Origin: Candidatus Bathyarchaeia archaeon
Lineage (GTDB): Archaea > Thermoproteota > CALKCG01 > B24 > JAWCPE01
Assembly: GCA_038870415.1 (NCBI GenBank)
Contig: JAWCPE010000001.1
Location: 6,806-70,805, forward strand
Direction: 5' to 3'
DNA: 64,000 nt
This document shows, in pieces, positions 1-8,755 of the stretch. The translations under genes were made by a program, and so were the position numbers. Position 1 is the first letter of the stretch, and every line of letters starts with the position of its first letter. The notes beneath the pieces are model-generated. The model had not been told where the DNA came from, did no database searches, and saw nothing but the letters and a program-made list of their open reading frames with translations.

Positions 1-93
1 GCTCTTGTCGCGGCGACGACGCTGTTCCTGGTGGGGGCCGGCTTCATGATCTACAGGATGTATCAGCGGACTAAGAACAAGACCTCAAGGTGA
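1..93 (+). CDS. 3' end of an upstream membrane protein (partial; enters the window mid-gene)
   Basis: Frame 1 reads ...ALVAATTLFLVGAGFMIYRMYQRTKNKTSR then TGA at 91-93. It looks like a hydrophobic helix followed by a basic tail. No ORF-track entry because it is partial. Confidence 0.3.
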   Translation, partial: ALVAATTLFLVGAGFMIYRMYQRTKNKTSR

Positions 94-97
94 GCCT

Positions 98-1309
98 TTG
101 ATTAGGCCCCTTGACGTCCTACGTTTCGCCCTTAGCATACTATCTGAGAGGAAGATCAGGGCATTCCTGACCATAATTGGGATAGCTATAGGCCCCGCAT
201 CCATGGTGACTATCATAGGAACCACCGAAGGATACTCCCAGACAATCCTAGATCAGCTGGGCTCCCTTGGAGAGAACATGATCGTCGTCTTCCCGCAAAG
301 AGGGTACACGGTAAGCGATACAACGATCTCTACCGTGAAGACGATGGCTGGCGTAGAGCATGCTGTGGCCTTCTATTCTACGGAGGGTGCGTTTAGGCGA
401 GCTGACGGAACGGAGCTGAAGGTCTCCCTGTACGCGACGGATCTGAACGTGCTCTTCAACGCCATGACAAGTCTCGAGCTTGAGCATGGCACGCTCCCAC
501 TCAAGACTGCGACTACGTCCGGAGTATTGGGATACGAAGCCGCCCATACCACAGATGCGAAGCCACTCTACAAGGTAGGCGACGCCGTAACGGTCAAGAT
601 CTACGTCCTGAAAGGAGACAAGCTGGAATCCAAGTCTGTTTCGCTGAGGATATGCGGCCTACTTCAGAAGCATGGCAGCGCGCTCGTCGTCAACCCTGAC
701 CGAACCATCTTCCTCCCCTCAGCCGCCGGCAGAGGCCTACTAGGGCTAGCCCAGTATACGGGCATCTTCGTTCTCGCCGACGACCCCTCTCACGTAGACA
801 AGGTCGCCGCGGCGATCAAAGATAAGTACAAGGACCTTGTTCAAGTTATTGCTTTCCAACAGATAGCAAAGGCGATAAGCTCAGTCGTGAACATTCTGGA
901 GTTCTTGCTGTTTTCTCTCTCGATCTCTGCCTTCGCCGTCGCTGTGACGGGAACTATGGCTACGATGTTCACCTCAATCATCGAGAGAACGAGGGAGATC
1001 GGTGTGTTGAAGGCGCTCGGTTTCTCTAGCAGAAACATCACCGTGTTTATAATGACTGAGGGACTTATCATGAGCATCATAGGGGGGGCCTTCGGCGTAG
1101 TAGTAGGGACCGTCGGGGCGCACGTTCTCTCTTCTTCAGGGTCATTCTCGATGGGTGGGTTACTCTCCATCACCGCAGAGCCCGCGATAACGCTCCAACT
1201 GATCCTCAAATCCCTCGGAATGGCAGTCTCAGTCGGAACCCTAGGAGGACTGATACCGGCCTATAGGGCTTCAAAGGTACCGCCGATAGTCGCCCTAAGG
1301 TACGAGTAA
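98..1309 (+). CDS. ABC transporter permease, FtsX/MacB-like
   Basis: 403 aa with a TTG start. N-term MIRPLDVLRFALSILSERKIRAFLTIIGIAIG fits the FtsX/MacB consensus. A large extracytoplasmic loop is followed by C-terminal TM helices (GVLKALGFSSRNITVFIMTEGLIMSIIGG). Confidence 0.8.
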   Translation: MIRPLDVLRFALSILSERKIRAFLTIIGIAIGPASMVTIIGTTEGYSQTILDQLGSLGENMIVVFPQRGYTVSDTTISTVKTMAGVEHAVAFYSTEGAFRRADGTELKVSLYATDLNVLFNAMTSLELEHGTLPLKTATTSGVLGYEAAHTTDAKPLYKVGDAVTVKIYVLKGDKLESKSVSLRICGLLQKHGSALVVNPDRTIFLPSAAGRGLLGLAQYTGIFVLADDPSHVDKVAAAIKDKYKDLVQVIAFQQIAKAISSVVNILEFLLFSLSISAFAVAVTGTMATMFTSIIERTREIGVLKALGFSSRNITVFIMTEGLIMSIIGGAFGVVVGTVGAHVLSSSGSFSMGGLLSITAEPAITLQLILKSLGMAVSVGTLGGLIPAYRASKVPPIVALRYE

Positions 1310-1564
1310 GTCGAGCGAGGGGAGACCGTCTTCAGCGTCGTGAACTCGTCCCCCATGGGGGATGAGTTCACCCACACCCGAGAGCAATGCTTAACGGATA
1401 GTGTATTGCAAGCATCGCCTATCACAGCTCGACAGATACCCTCTCGGACGTACTCTACGGCGCCGACCTTAGATGCTCTTAACCGCTTAGTCCACCTTCT
1501 GATAGGGGGCCGAGAAGTGGGCGGTAAGCAGCTGATGTAGCTGAGCATCCGACGGCTTGCGAGT

Positions 1565-2293
1565 CTAGGCTCGGCTTAGAGTAGCCAGCTTGTCGAGGGC
1601 GGTAAGAGCCTCCGTAAGGTTCCTGACCTCGTAGTCGGGGCGTAAGCTTTCGTAGGGCATAAGGGCACCTCGTCTGTTCAGCCAGACCGTCTTTAAACCC
1701 ACGGCCTTAGCGGGCTTGATATCGGTTAAGGGCGCGTCGCCTACGGTGGCGGTCGAGGCTGGCTTGGAGCCCGTCAGTTCTAGGGCCTTGACGAAGTACT
1801 GGGGCTCAGTCTTGAGGACGCCGAGTTCCCGCTCGCCGAAGATATAGTCGAAATATCCGCCTGGAAAGGCCTGGTTTAGGGCAGCTCCCTTAGCCTGCGA
1901 ATCCTCGCCCGTAGCAAGGCAAACCTTGAAACGCCTCTGCCTCAACCCTACGAGGAATCCTTCGACATCCGGGAAGAAGAGCGGGCTCCTTAAGCATTCC
2001 TGCTCTGCTCTACGGAATCTCGCCTTAAGCTCTGAGATGAGGCTCTCATCTTTGGGTCTCCCGAAGTACTGTGCTACGAGTCTCCCGTGGAAGTCTAGGT
2101 CATCGTGCCTGTCGGGGTACTTGAAGTGCACGATCTCCCTGTGGATCCTGTTCACGTAGATGCCTAAGAACTCGTCGCCAGTCATGCCTAGGTAGCCTTC
2201 GAACGCCTCAGCGTACTTGGAGTCCGTGTCGTGAAGCGTATTGTCGTAATCCACGAAAACCGTGAAGACGGGTTTGAAGCCCGCGCGACTCAA
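1565..2293 (-). CDS. HAD-superfamily hydrolase
   Basis: 242 aa. The N-terminal FTVFVDYDNTLHDT is an HAD motif I (DxD). Motif III-like GDAPLTDIKPAKAVGLKTVWLNR lies near the C-term. Confidence 0.75.
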   Translation of the reverse strand: MSRAGFKPVFTVFVDYDNTLHDTDSKYAEAFEGYLGMTGDEFLGIYVNRIHREIVHFKYPDRHDDLDFHGRLVAQYFGRPKDESLISELKARFRRAEQECLRSPLFFPDVEGFLVGLRQRRFKVCLATGEDSQAKGAALNQAFPGGYFDYIFGERELGVLKTEPQYFVKALELTGSKPASTATVGDAPLTDIKPAKAVGLKTVWLNRRGALMPYESLRPDYEVRNLTEALTALDKLATLSRA

Positions 2294-2681
2294 GTCGTCT
2301 CCAGCCTTGCCTTGGCCGACAGGGCCTCTTAACGCTTTCCTCGACCAATCGAGTTACCATCCGTGAAAGGTGTTGAGCTTCAGCCCAGCCTCTCCATGGC
2401 GTGTAGGCTTGGCTTAGGCTGAAGCTGCCCGCTCCAGCCTTCTAAGCCTTTCCCGCTTCAGCTCCGCTCCTTTAACCTACTTAAGGGATTTCAGTGTGGC
2501 CTTGCTCATGCATGATGCGGCTTGCCGGGCTCATCATACGTGAGAGGGCCCTCCCTCCGGCTGATGCTCCACTGGGCGTATCCCTACTACCGTTGCAGCG
2601 GCTTGGATGCCTCTCTGAGGCGTTAGGGCCCTAGTAGGTGGATAAAGAAGCCTACCCATAGGAGGGAATAGCTTAAAAGTC

Positions 2682-2701
2682 AACATGTATAACTGTTGAT
2701 T
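2682..2701. promoter_or_regulatory. Perfect 6-bp inverted repeat TCAACA-N8-TGTTGA between a TATA-like TTAAAAG and the start of the small regulator gene
   Basis: Sequence tcaacatgtataactgttga lies directly upstream of the TTG/ATG of ORF 2701/2725. gcttaaaagtc sits just 5' of it. Confidence 0.35.
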
Positions 2702-2724
2702 TGAAAAGGCGCACGGTCCAAGCC

Positions 2725-3048
2725 ATGAGCCAGAGCTTCGACATCATCGAGAAGCTAAAGGAGCTTGAGAGGCGAGTAGAAGTCCTAGAGCGGACCCTAG
2801 GCAGGCCTCAAGAGAAGGCCGGCCCCGGCATGAGCGTGCAGGAGCTTCTCAACCTGCCCGACAGCCTCCGGAGGACGATGCTCGCCGTGAACGAGCTGAA
2901 GGAGGCGACGGCCGAAGAGGTCGCCGGTAAGTCTAACAGAACGAGGAGCGTCGAGACGATCTACCTTAACCAGCTCGTCAGAATGGGCTACTTGACAAGG
3001 ACCAAGAAGAAGAGAAAGGTCTACTTTAAGCCTCTTAGATACTACTAG
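2725..3048 (+). CDS. Small coiled-coil / winged-helix-like DNA-binding protein (putative regulator)
   Basis: The ORF track starts at TTG 2701; an internal ATG at 2725 gives MSQSFDIIEKLKELERRVEVLERTL, a heptad coiled coil. The C-term EATAEEVAGKSNRTRSVETIYLNQLVRMGYLTRTKKKRKVYFKPLRYY looks like a wHTH with a basic tail. Confidence 0.45.
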   Translation: MSQSFDIIEKLKELERRVEVLERTLGRPQEKAGPGMSVQELLNLPDSLRRTMLAVNELKEATAEEVAGKSNRTRSVETIYLNQLVRMGYLTRTKKKRKVYFKPLRYY

Positions 3049-3115
3049 CCCTCCAGAAGTACACACCAATCGTGAGGAAGACTTAAGTCCATACCCGCCG
3101 CTTAGCGATGAGGCT

Positions 3116-3757
3116 GTGAAGAGGCTGAAGAGGGGGATGAGGATGAAGCCCTCTACAGGTCTTGCAGTCTTATGCCTCCTGCTCATCGTTTCAACGCCGA
3201 TGCTGGCATCCGCCGCTAAGCCTTCGACGAAGAGGCTCTGGGCCGAGGGCTACAGCGCCTTGGCGATCCTCATGACGCAGGAGGAGGAGTGGAAGGCGGT
3301 CGAGGGAATCCACGTCAAAGAGTCGCTTGTAGGCCCCTTCGACCTGATCGTCGTTTACAACATGACTTCAATGGACCCTGCCTCAGCCGTTCCGTGGAAG
3401 ATTTTCGTAGATAGTCCCTATGCGCTTCCTCTCCTCGTCCTAGTCTTCAACGACTCAAGGATCACGGTTGTAGGCTCGATCACCGTGAGTAAAGTCGGGT
3501 TGCACGCGAGGGTTGAGATGGGATACACCAGCCTGGTCATCGACGCTCTCACGCCGGTGAGGCCTCAGATACTCTCGTTTCACTTCCCAGGCGAGACTGG
3601 CCGGTACGCTCTGGACGTGAGGGGGATGCACTTCCCGGCCGTAGCGTCCGTACAGCTTGGTCAGGGCCTGGTCTCTGAGGGGCAGGACATCGTGATGGTG
3701 GCTTGGCTGACAGGGTTCCTAGTTCAGGAGGCCAGGATCGAGCTCAACCAGTTATAG
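3116..3757 (+). CDS. Hypothetical secreted protein (N-terminal signal peptide)
   Basis: 213 aa. The basic N-terminus followed by LAVLCLLLIVSTPMLASAAKP is signal-peptide-like. No recognisable catalytic motif. Confidence 0.5.
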   Translation: MKRLKRGMRMKPSTGLAVLCLLLIVSTPMLASAAKPSTKRLWAEGYSALAILMTQEEEWKAVEGIHVKESLVGPFDLIVVYNMTSMDPASAVPWKIFVDSPYALPLLVLVFNDSRITVVGSITVSKVGLHARVEMGYTSLVIDALTPVRPQILSFHFPGETGRYALDVRGMHFPAVASVQLGQGLVSEGQDIVMVAWLTGFLVQEARIELNQL

Positions 3758-3884
3758 CTGTTCCTTGTGAGGCGGCTCCGGAGTGTGTGAGAGCGCGTTT
3801 GTCAAGCGTTCGATCTGGGTTTCTGTCCCAGAGGGGGCGTGAGATGATCTTCTCTTGTGGCTCTGCGAGTCTCCCTGGGGGCGT

Positions 3885-3915
3885 AAGGCTTAAATGTTTA
3901 AGTGTTTAAATAATA
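3885..3915 (+). promoter_or_regulatory. BRE/TATA-like promoter (AAGGCTTAAATGTTTAAGTGTTTAAATAATA) upstream of ORF 3956
   Basis: An AT-rich island in GC-rich DNA lies about 40 nt before the ATG. It shares the 14-mer GCTTAAATGTTTAA with 5637-5650. Confidence 0.45.
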
Positions 3916-3955
3916 GACGGGTCTTCGGGGGCGTAGGGGGATCAGCAGGACTGTA

Positions 3956-4618
3956 ATGATGGTTATAGTCGTAGCTGCACTCGTCCTTTCAGCTCTGACC
4001 ATCAACCCTGTAGAGATACCCGCAGCCAACTGCGATGTGGTCGTCCGCGCCGCAGGCGCCCTCTTCGTCGCCTCAAACGGACCCAGTAGAGGAACTATCT
4101 TCGCGATCGAGGGAATTTACGTGGAGAAGTCGAAGTTTTTCGATTCGTTCAGCCAGGTTGTCGTCTACGAGTGGAGAGACGCGGACAACGATGGTGCGGC
4201 TTCGGAGATGGAGTTCATCCCGGTTCAAGTATTCGTGGACAACTCTCAAGCAGCCTTCCTCTTAAGGTTGGTCTTCCCGGGCATCGTCCAAGTCGTTCCG
4301 TCGGGCAGCATCCAGGTCGGTGTAGTCGAGGCTGAGAGAACTATACGGCTAAGGTACGGAGGCTCGCTGGTTGACCTTCAAGTGCGGTCTTTAGAGGGAG
4401 GCGCCTCCCCCCTTAGGGTACAATTCGTCAACAGCGTGACGGGCTGGTCCTTCAAGGCGCAAGGAGCAGAACACCCAGCGACGGCAACCGGCTACGCGTA
4501 TCTCCCTGGTCTATTGCTGGGCGAGAGCCCCGTTGAACCTGGCAGCATCGAAGGCTTCAGCGGCTCCGGCTTCCTCGTCCCGCAGGCCGTCATCAGGTTC
4601 GACAACGCCGGCGCCTGA
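3956..4618 (+). CDS. Hypothetical exported protein (signal/TM N-terminus)
   Basis: 220 aa. The N-terminus MMVIVVAALVLSALTINPVEIPAA is a hydrophobic leader. The body is beta-rich with no known motif. Confidence 0.5.
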   Translation: MMVIVVAALVLSALTINPVEIPAANCDVVVRAAGALFVASNGPSRGTIFAIEGIYVEKSKFFDSFSQVVVYEWRDADNDGAASEMEFIPVQVFVDNSQAAFLLRLVFPGIVQVVPSGSIQVGVVEAERTIRLRYGGSLVDLQVRSLEGGASPLRVQFVNSVTGWSFKAQGAEHPATATGYAYLPGLLLGESPVEPGSIEGFSGSGFLVPQAVIRFDNAGA

Positions 4619-4771
4619 TCCCTTAGCAACCTGACGCGGCAGTAGAATAGGGGACGCCAACCCAGCTTTTATGCGAGGCCCCTAGAACGTCAATGCTAGA
4701 AGAGTCTACTTGGCGGCATCCTTCGGCGGTCTCGTATTCCCGCCCTGCGATGGTCGTGTTCACGGTCCGGC

Positions 4772-5554
4772 TCAGAGCGCTGTCAGTGGTAGGTTGTGGA
4801 TGACTATTCCGTTACGCGTGATCTCCATAGGGCAGTATTCTTCGTAGATCTTTGTCGCCCTCATCTTCACGATCCTTATGAAGCGGGAGACGCCGCCCTC
4901 CTCGCCCCTCTTCCTGAACTCTATCACGCCGTCTGCTAGCTGCTGGCAGGCGTTCTCTATCTGCTCACCGTGTATGCCCGTGTGGATTGTGGCTATCCCG
5001 ATCGCTTTGGAGATCCTGCAGGCGTAAGCGCTGGATTGAAGGAATCGGAGCACGTTCTTCGCCTCAAGCGCCTGGAAGAGCGGGGTGACGGAGTCGAAGA
5101 TCATGAGGAGGTCTCTGCCCCTGATGCCCGTGAAGAAGTACTCTTTTCCTTGAAGGATCATCTCGCGCAGGTTGAAAGGGATCTCCACCATCCTGTCAGG
5201 TGAGACGGCTAGCTCCTCAACCTTCCAGGACTTCGTCTTCTCCAGGACGAGTTCCATCCCCTGCGAATATACATCCACGAACTTGAGCGCACCCCTCTCC
5301 TCGTAGGGTGTCACGTCCCAGCTGAACCTCTCCATGTTCATCCTGACGTCTTCAGCGGGCTCGTCGACCGCGTAGTATAGGACGTTGAAGCCGCGCTGGA
5401 GGAGGTTCCACGCGACTTGGTTGCAGAAGATGGACTTGCCGCTGCCGACGTTCCCCATGAGGCCTATCGAGGAAGGCCGGGGGAAACCGCCCTCTATGAG
5501 CGCGTCAAGAGCCTCGATCCCGGTGGGAACCCTCTTCACGCTGTCCAGAATCAA
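4772..5554 (-). CDS. KaiC-like RecA-superfamily ATPase (single domain)
   Basis: 260 aa. GIEALDALIEGGFPRPSSIGLMGNVGSGKSIFCNQVA contains a Walker A. The KaiC/RadB-like layout TGIxxLDxxLxGG is present. A Walker B-like LLMIFDSV is also present. Confidence 0.8.
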   Translation of the reverse strand: MILDSVKRVPTGIEALDALIEGGFPRPSSIGLMGNVGSGKSIFCNQVAWNLLQRGFNVLYYAVDEPAEDVRMNMERFSWDVTPYEERGALKFVDVYSQGMELVLEKTKSWKVEELAVSPDRMVEIPFNLREMILQGKEYFFTGIRGRDLLMIFDSVTPLFQALEAKNVLRFLQSSAYACRISKAIGIATIHTGIHGEQIENACQQLADGVIEFRKRGEEGGVSRFIRIVKMRATKIYEEYCPMEITRNGIVIHNLPLTAL

Positions 5555-5634
5555 GCCCCGCCCCTGCCAAGCCTATCTATATTTTAACTTTTAAACTCTT
5601 AAGCCTATCGCCTCCTTAGGCGTCGCGGTGAGGT

Positions 5635-5655
5635 AAAAGCTTAAATGTTTAACTG
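5635..5655 (+). promoter_or_regulatory. BRE/TATA-like promoter AAAAGCTTAAATGTTTAACTG upstream of the UbiA-family gene
   Basis: The same 14-mer GCTTAAATGTTTAA as at 3887-3900. It lies about 30-45 nt upstream of the candidate starts at 5659/5684. Confidence 0.45.
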
Positions 5656-5683
5656 TCAATGCCAAGAGGGGGCGGCTTAGGGG

Positions 5684-6649
5684 ATGCCGATGGGCAGCAG
5701 CCCGGGGACATCGATGAGAACGATCATAGCTTTACTCTCGCTGCTCCGGCCGCGCACCTGGGTCTTCGCCGCCTCCACGTTCCTCTTCGCTTACCTGATG
5801 GCAGGCGAAGTCGTCCTGTGGCAGGCTCTTCTAGGCACGCTCATCTGCAGCCTCACGACGGCCGCAACGAACATCCTCAACACGTACACTGACCGCGAAG
5901 AGGATTCGGTCAACCAACCGATCCGAGCACTTCAGCTGAGCCAGGTAGGGCTTAGGAATGTTGCTTGGATCACGGTTGGGCTCTATCTGTCGGTCATACT
6001 CCTCTCCTTGCTGTTAGGCCCTCTATTCTTCGCGCTGAGCCTCGTGGCAGTTGTTGACTCGCTGCTTTACTCATTACCGCCCTTCCGGTTGAAGAGACAT
6101 TGGCTTACAGGGATGCTCTCCTTCACAGGCGTAGTCTCTTTCTCGTTCCTCGCAGGCTGGACTCTTGCTCAGCCCATGGCAGCCGTGCCGCCAATCTTCT
6201 TCCTCGCCTCATACTTCTTCTTCACCTACTTCTCGCTTAAGAACATCCCCGACCGCTTAGGAGATTTAAGGTTCGGCGTCAGAACACTGATGACACTGCA
6301 TCGAGGGTATAGAAAGGGAGTTCAGACCAGCTTTGCTGTCTTAGCCTCGCCGTACGCATTGCTCGCCGCCCTTGTCTTGCTCGGCTGGCTCAACACAACC
6401 TACCTAATATGCTTCTCGCTCCTGCCAGTCCTTCTATACGTCGGCTTTGCAACAGCCGCTGCGAAGAGTACGGCCCAAGCGGAGAAGCTCCACACGTACG
6501 GTTTCCTCTACGGAGTAAGCTTCCTGCTGCTTCTCTACTTCCTAGCCGTGCCCGGCATCCTGTCGCTGACCCTGATCGCGTCGGTCTACGCGTTCCTCTT
6601 TCTCGTGATGAAGGTCATCGTCTTGGACTCAAGGCGAAGCGGCTGTTAA
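5684..6649 (+). CDS. UbiA-family membrane prenyltransferase (possibly digeranylgeranylglyceryl phosphate synthase)
   Basis: 321 aa and polytopic. The first Asp-rich motif NILNTYTDREEDSVN matches NxxxDxExDxxN. The second motif is DRLGD (DxxxD). It has 8-9 predicted TM helices. Confidence 0.7.
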   Translation: MPMGSSPGTSMRTIIALLSLLRPRTWVFAASTFLFAYLMAGEVVLWQALLGTLICSLTTAATNILNTYTDREEDSVNQPIRALQLSQVGLRNVAWITVGLYLSVILLSLLLGPLFFALSLVAVVDSLLYSLPPFRLKRHWLTGMLSFTGVVSFSFLAGWTLAQPMAAVPPIFFLASYFFFTYFSLKNIPDRLGDLRFGVRTLMTLHRGYRKGVQTSFAVLASPYALLAALVLLGWLNTTYLICFSLLPVLLYVGFATAAAKSTAQAEKLHTYGFLYGVSFLLLLYFLAVPGILSLTLIASVYAFLFLVMKVIVLDSRRSGC

Positions 6650-6976
6650 GCCCCCTGTGGCATAAGTACGTTGATCCAACCGGTGTCCTACGCCTCTTAC
6701 ACGTATCAGGGAGGGCTTTCAATCAGAGCCTTTAGAGCTAGGTTTCCGTTGAATCAGGGCCTCCCACACGCTCCTTTGACGGCATGAAACCACACTAAAC
6801 CATGGTGGAAGGCGCTGTCGACCCGCGTATCCCAGCCTAGCTGGGAAGGTTTCTCTCATCGACATCATGCTTATGTGCAGAACGGGCCGAGGCGAGATTG
6901 CCGGCTTTACTTGCCTTGTGTGAGTGTGAGCTCGGCTCCGAAGCCTATAACTGGACCTAAGACGAGAGTGGAAGCC

Positions 6977-7789
6977 ATGGACCTCCTGCCGGTCATGAGG
7001 GGCGCCGTCAGACATGCAGCTGCGGAGGCTCTCGCGCTATTGGGATCGCCGGCTGCAAGGCGTGTTATCGGAAGGGGATCAGGCGGCGACCTCACTCAGG
7101 GCATCGACGATGCTGTTGAGACCTCGATCACTCGTTTCCTTGAGGCCGAGATCGGGGACTGCGCCATCGTTAGCGAGGAGCGGGGCTGGATCACCGTAGG
7201 CAGAGGCGGCCCACCATTCTTCATCCTAGACCCTCTAGACGGCACGACGAACGCGCTTAGAGGCTACCCATGCTTTTCCATATCTCTCGCCGCGAGCATG
7301 GGGCTGCGCCTCAGGGAGATAACCGCTGGCGTAGTCTTAGACGTTGCTCACGATAACCTGTACTGGGCTCGGAGAGGAGGCGGCGCCTTCCTGAACGGCG
7401 TCAAGGTGAAGCCGTCACAGACGGAGACGGTTGAGGACGCCTTGATAGCGATAGACCTGAACCTGCGCAGAGCTCTGCCCTCCTACCTCGCGAAGGTCAG
7501 CCCCATCATAGATCGCGCTGAGCATGTTAGGTTCCTCGGCACAGACGCTCTGGAAACCTGCTTCGTAGCCTCAGGAGCCTGCGACGCCTTCGTCGACCTA
7601 AGGGGCACGCTGAGGTTGACTGACCTCGCAGCTGCGACATTCATCGTCCAGGAGGCCGGGGGCACGGTTGTCGATGCGAGAGGCGCCCAACTGGATATGG
7701 CGGTCGCGCCTGAGAGCCGAGGCTCCTTCATCGCCGCGTGCACCAAGGGGCTCTGCGACCGGCTTCTTGAACTTACGCGACGAAGCTAA
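6977..7789 (+). CDS. suhB: Inositol monophosphatase / fructose-1,6-bisphosphatase family protein
   Basis: The ORF track begins at GTG 6875; the conserved N-terminus begins at ATG 6977 (MDLLPVMRGAVRHAAAEAL). The IMPase signatures IVSEERG and FILDPLDGTTNALRGYP are present. Confidence 0.85.
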   Translation: MDLLPVMRGAVRHAAAEALALLGSPAARRVIGRGSGGDLTQGIDDAVETSITRFLEAEIGDCAIVSEERGWITVGRGGPPFFILDPLDGTTNALRGYPCFSISLAASMGLRLREITAGVVLDVAHDNLYWARRGGGAFLNGVKVKPSQTETVEDALIAIDLNLRRALPSYLAKVSPIIDRAEHVRFLGTDALETCFVASGACDAFVDLRGTLRLTDLAAATFIVQEAGGTVVDARGAQLDMAVAPESRGSFIAACTKGLCDRLLELTRRS

Positions 7790-7832
7790 GCTCTGTCGGT
7801 TCGACTTCCCTCTTCTAGGCCTGGGCTTCCAG

Positions 7833-8738
7833 TTAGACGAAGTTACTCCAGTACCCTGCCGACTCTCTCAGCTCCTCGAGGACCTGCTGCTCCGGCGCCT
7901 CGAAGGCGTGGATGATCTCAAGCATAAGGTAGACTTCCTTGGCACCGGAGGCTTCTATGGCCTCGATCATCTTCTCAGGCTTTATCACGCCGACATCGTT
8001 GTACTTCTTCGTGAACGGCCAGTGACGGTCTCCCCTCCCATCTGTCTGTTGTACATGGATGACCGGGGACTCAGCTGCCAACTCCCTAAGCCAAGCGTAC
8101 GTGTCTAGGTCGCGTCCCTCAACGCCTGCGGCGCACTGGTGACCCGTGTCGATGGCGAGTCTTACAGGAACGCCTTTGCCAACGTTGACCCTTGCGAGGA
8201 GCCGCTTGGCATCCGATATAGTGGAGGGCGGCTCCCGGAGCAGAGGCATAGGCTCCCACAGGAGCATCTCAAGGCCCATAGTGGCGGCGCGAGAAGAGAG
8301 GAATCCCAGGCTCTCCACGACGGCGTCTTCCATCAGGAGTCGTCTCCGCTCATCTTTGTAGTCCGGGTAGCTTTGAGCGGCGAGGTGCCCACCAGTGGCC
8401 TTCGCCTTAAGATTTGCTGTGAGACCTATGGCTTCAGTGAACCAGTCTATGGCGTCGATCCTCATCGCTGCGTTCGGATGAGATAGGAGGTTGAACGAGT
8501 AGGCTGCTAACCCCGTGAAGGTGGAGTGGATGGTGAGGCCATGATCCTTCACGGCGTCTAGGGTCTCGGAGACCATCCATGACCGCGCGGGCTGGGAGGT
8601 TCTAGGGTCGAGCAGGTCGAAGGAGAACTGGACCAGCTTCAGCTCGAGCTCGTGAGCGCATATCTCAGCCCAGTCGCCTGCGAGAGGCCACCTCTTCACC
8701 GCGAAGCAGTTGTTTACCCCCAGGTGGAAATCCGTCAA
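7833..8738 (-). CDS. Sugar-phosphate isomerase/epimerase (xylose-isomerase-like TIM barrel)
   Basis: 301 aa. N-term MTDFHLGVNNCFAVKRWP. The metal-site-like HVQQTDG and LMLEII are typical of AP-endonuclease-2/xylose-isomerase-like TIM barrels. It is adjacent to an FGGY kinase. Confidence 0.6.
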   Translation of the reverse strand: MTDFHLGVNNCFAVKRWPLAGDWAEICAHELELKLVQFSFDLLDPRTSQPARSWMVSETLDAVKDHGLTIHSTFTGLAAYSFNLLSHPNAAMRIDAIDWFTEAIGLTANLKAKATGGHLAAQSYPDYKDERRRLLMEDAVVESLGFLSSRAATMGLEMLLWEPMPLLREPPSTISDAKRLLARVNVGKGVPVRLAIDTGHQCAAGVEGRDLDTYAWLRELAAESPVIHVQQTDGRGDRHWPFTKKYNDVGVIKPEKMIEAIEASGAKEVYLMLEIIHAFEAPEQQVLEELRESAGYWSNFV

Positions 8739-8755
8739 GTCAACTCGCTCCTATC

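Noticed and set aside
248-1548. Antisense/overlapping ORFs inside the FtsX gene (248-547, 841-1209, 1261-1548 minus; 1340-1540 plus)
   Set aside because: They lie fully inside or opposite a well-supported gene and have no motifs. They are typical long shadow ORFs of 60% GC DNA.
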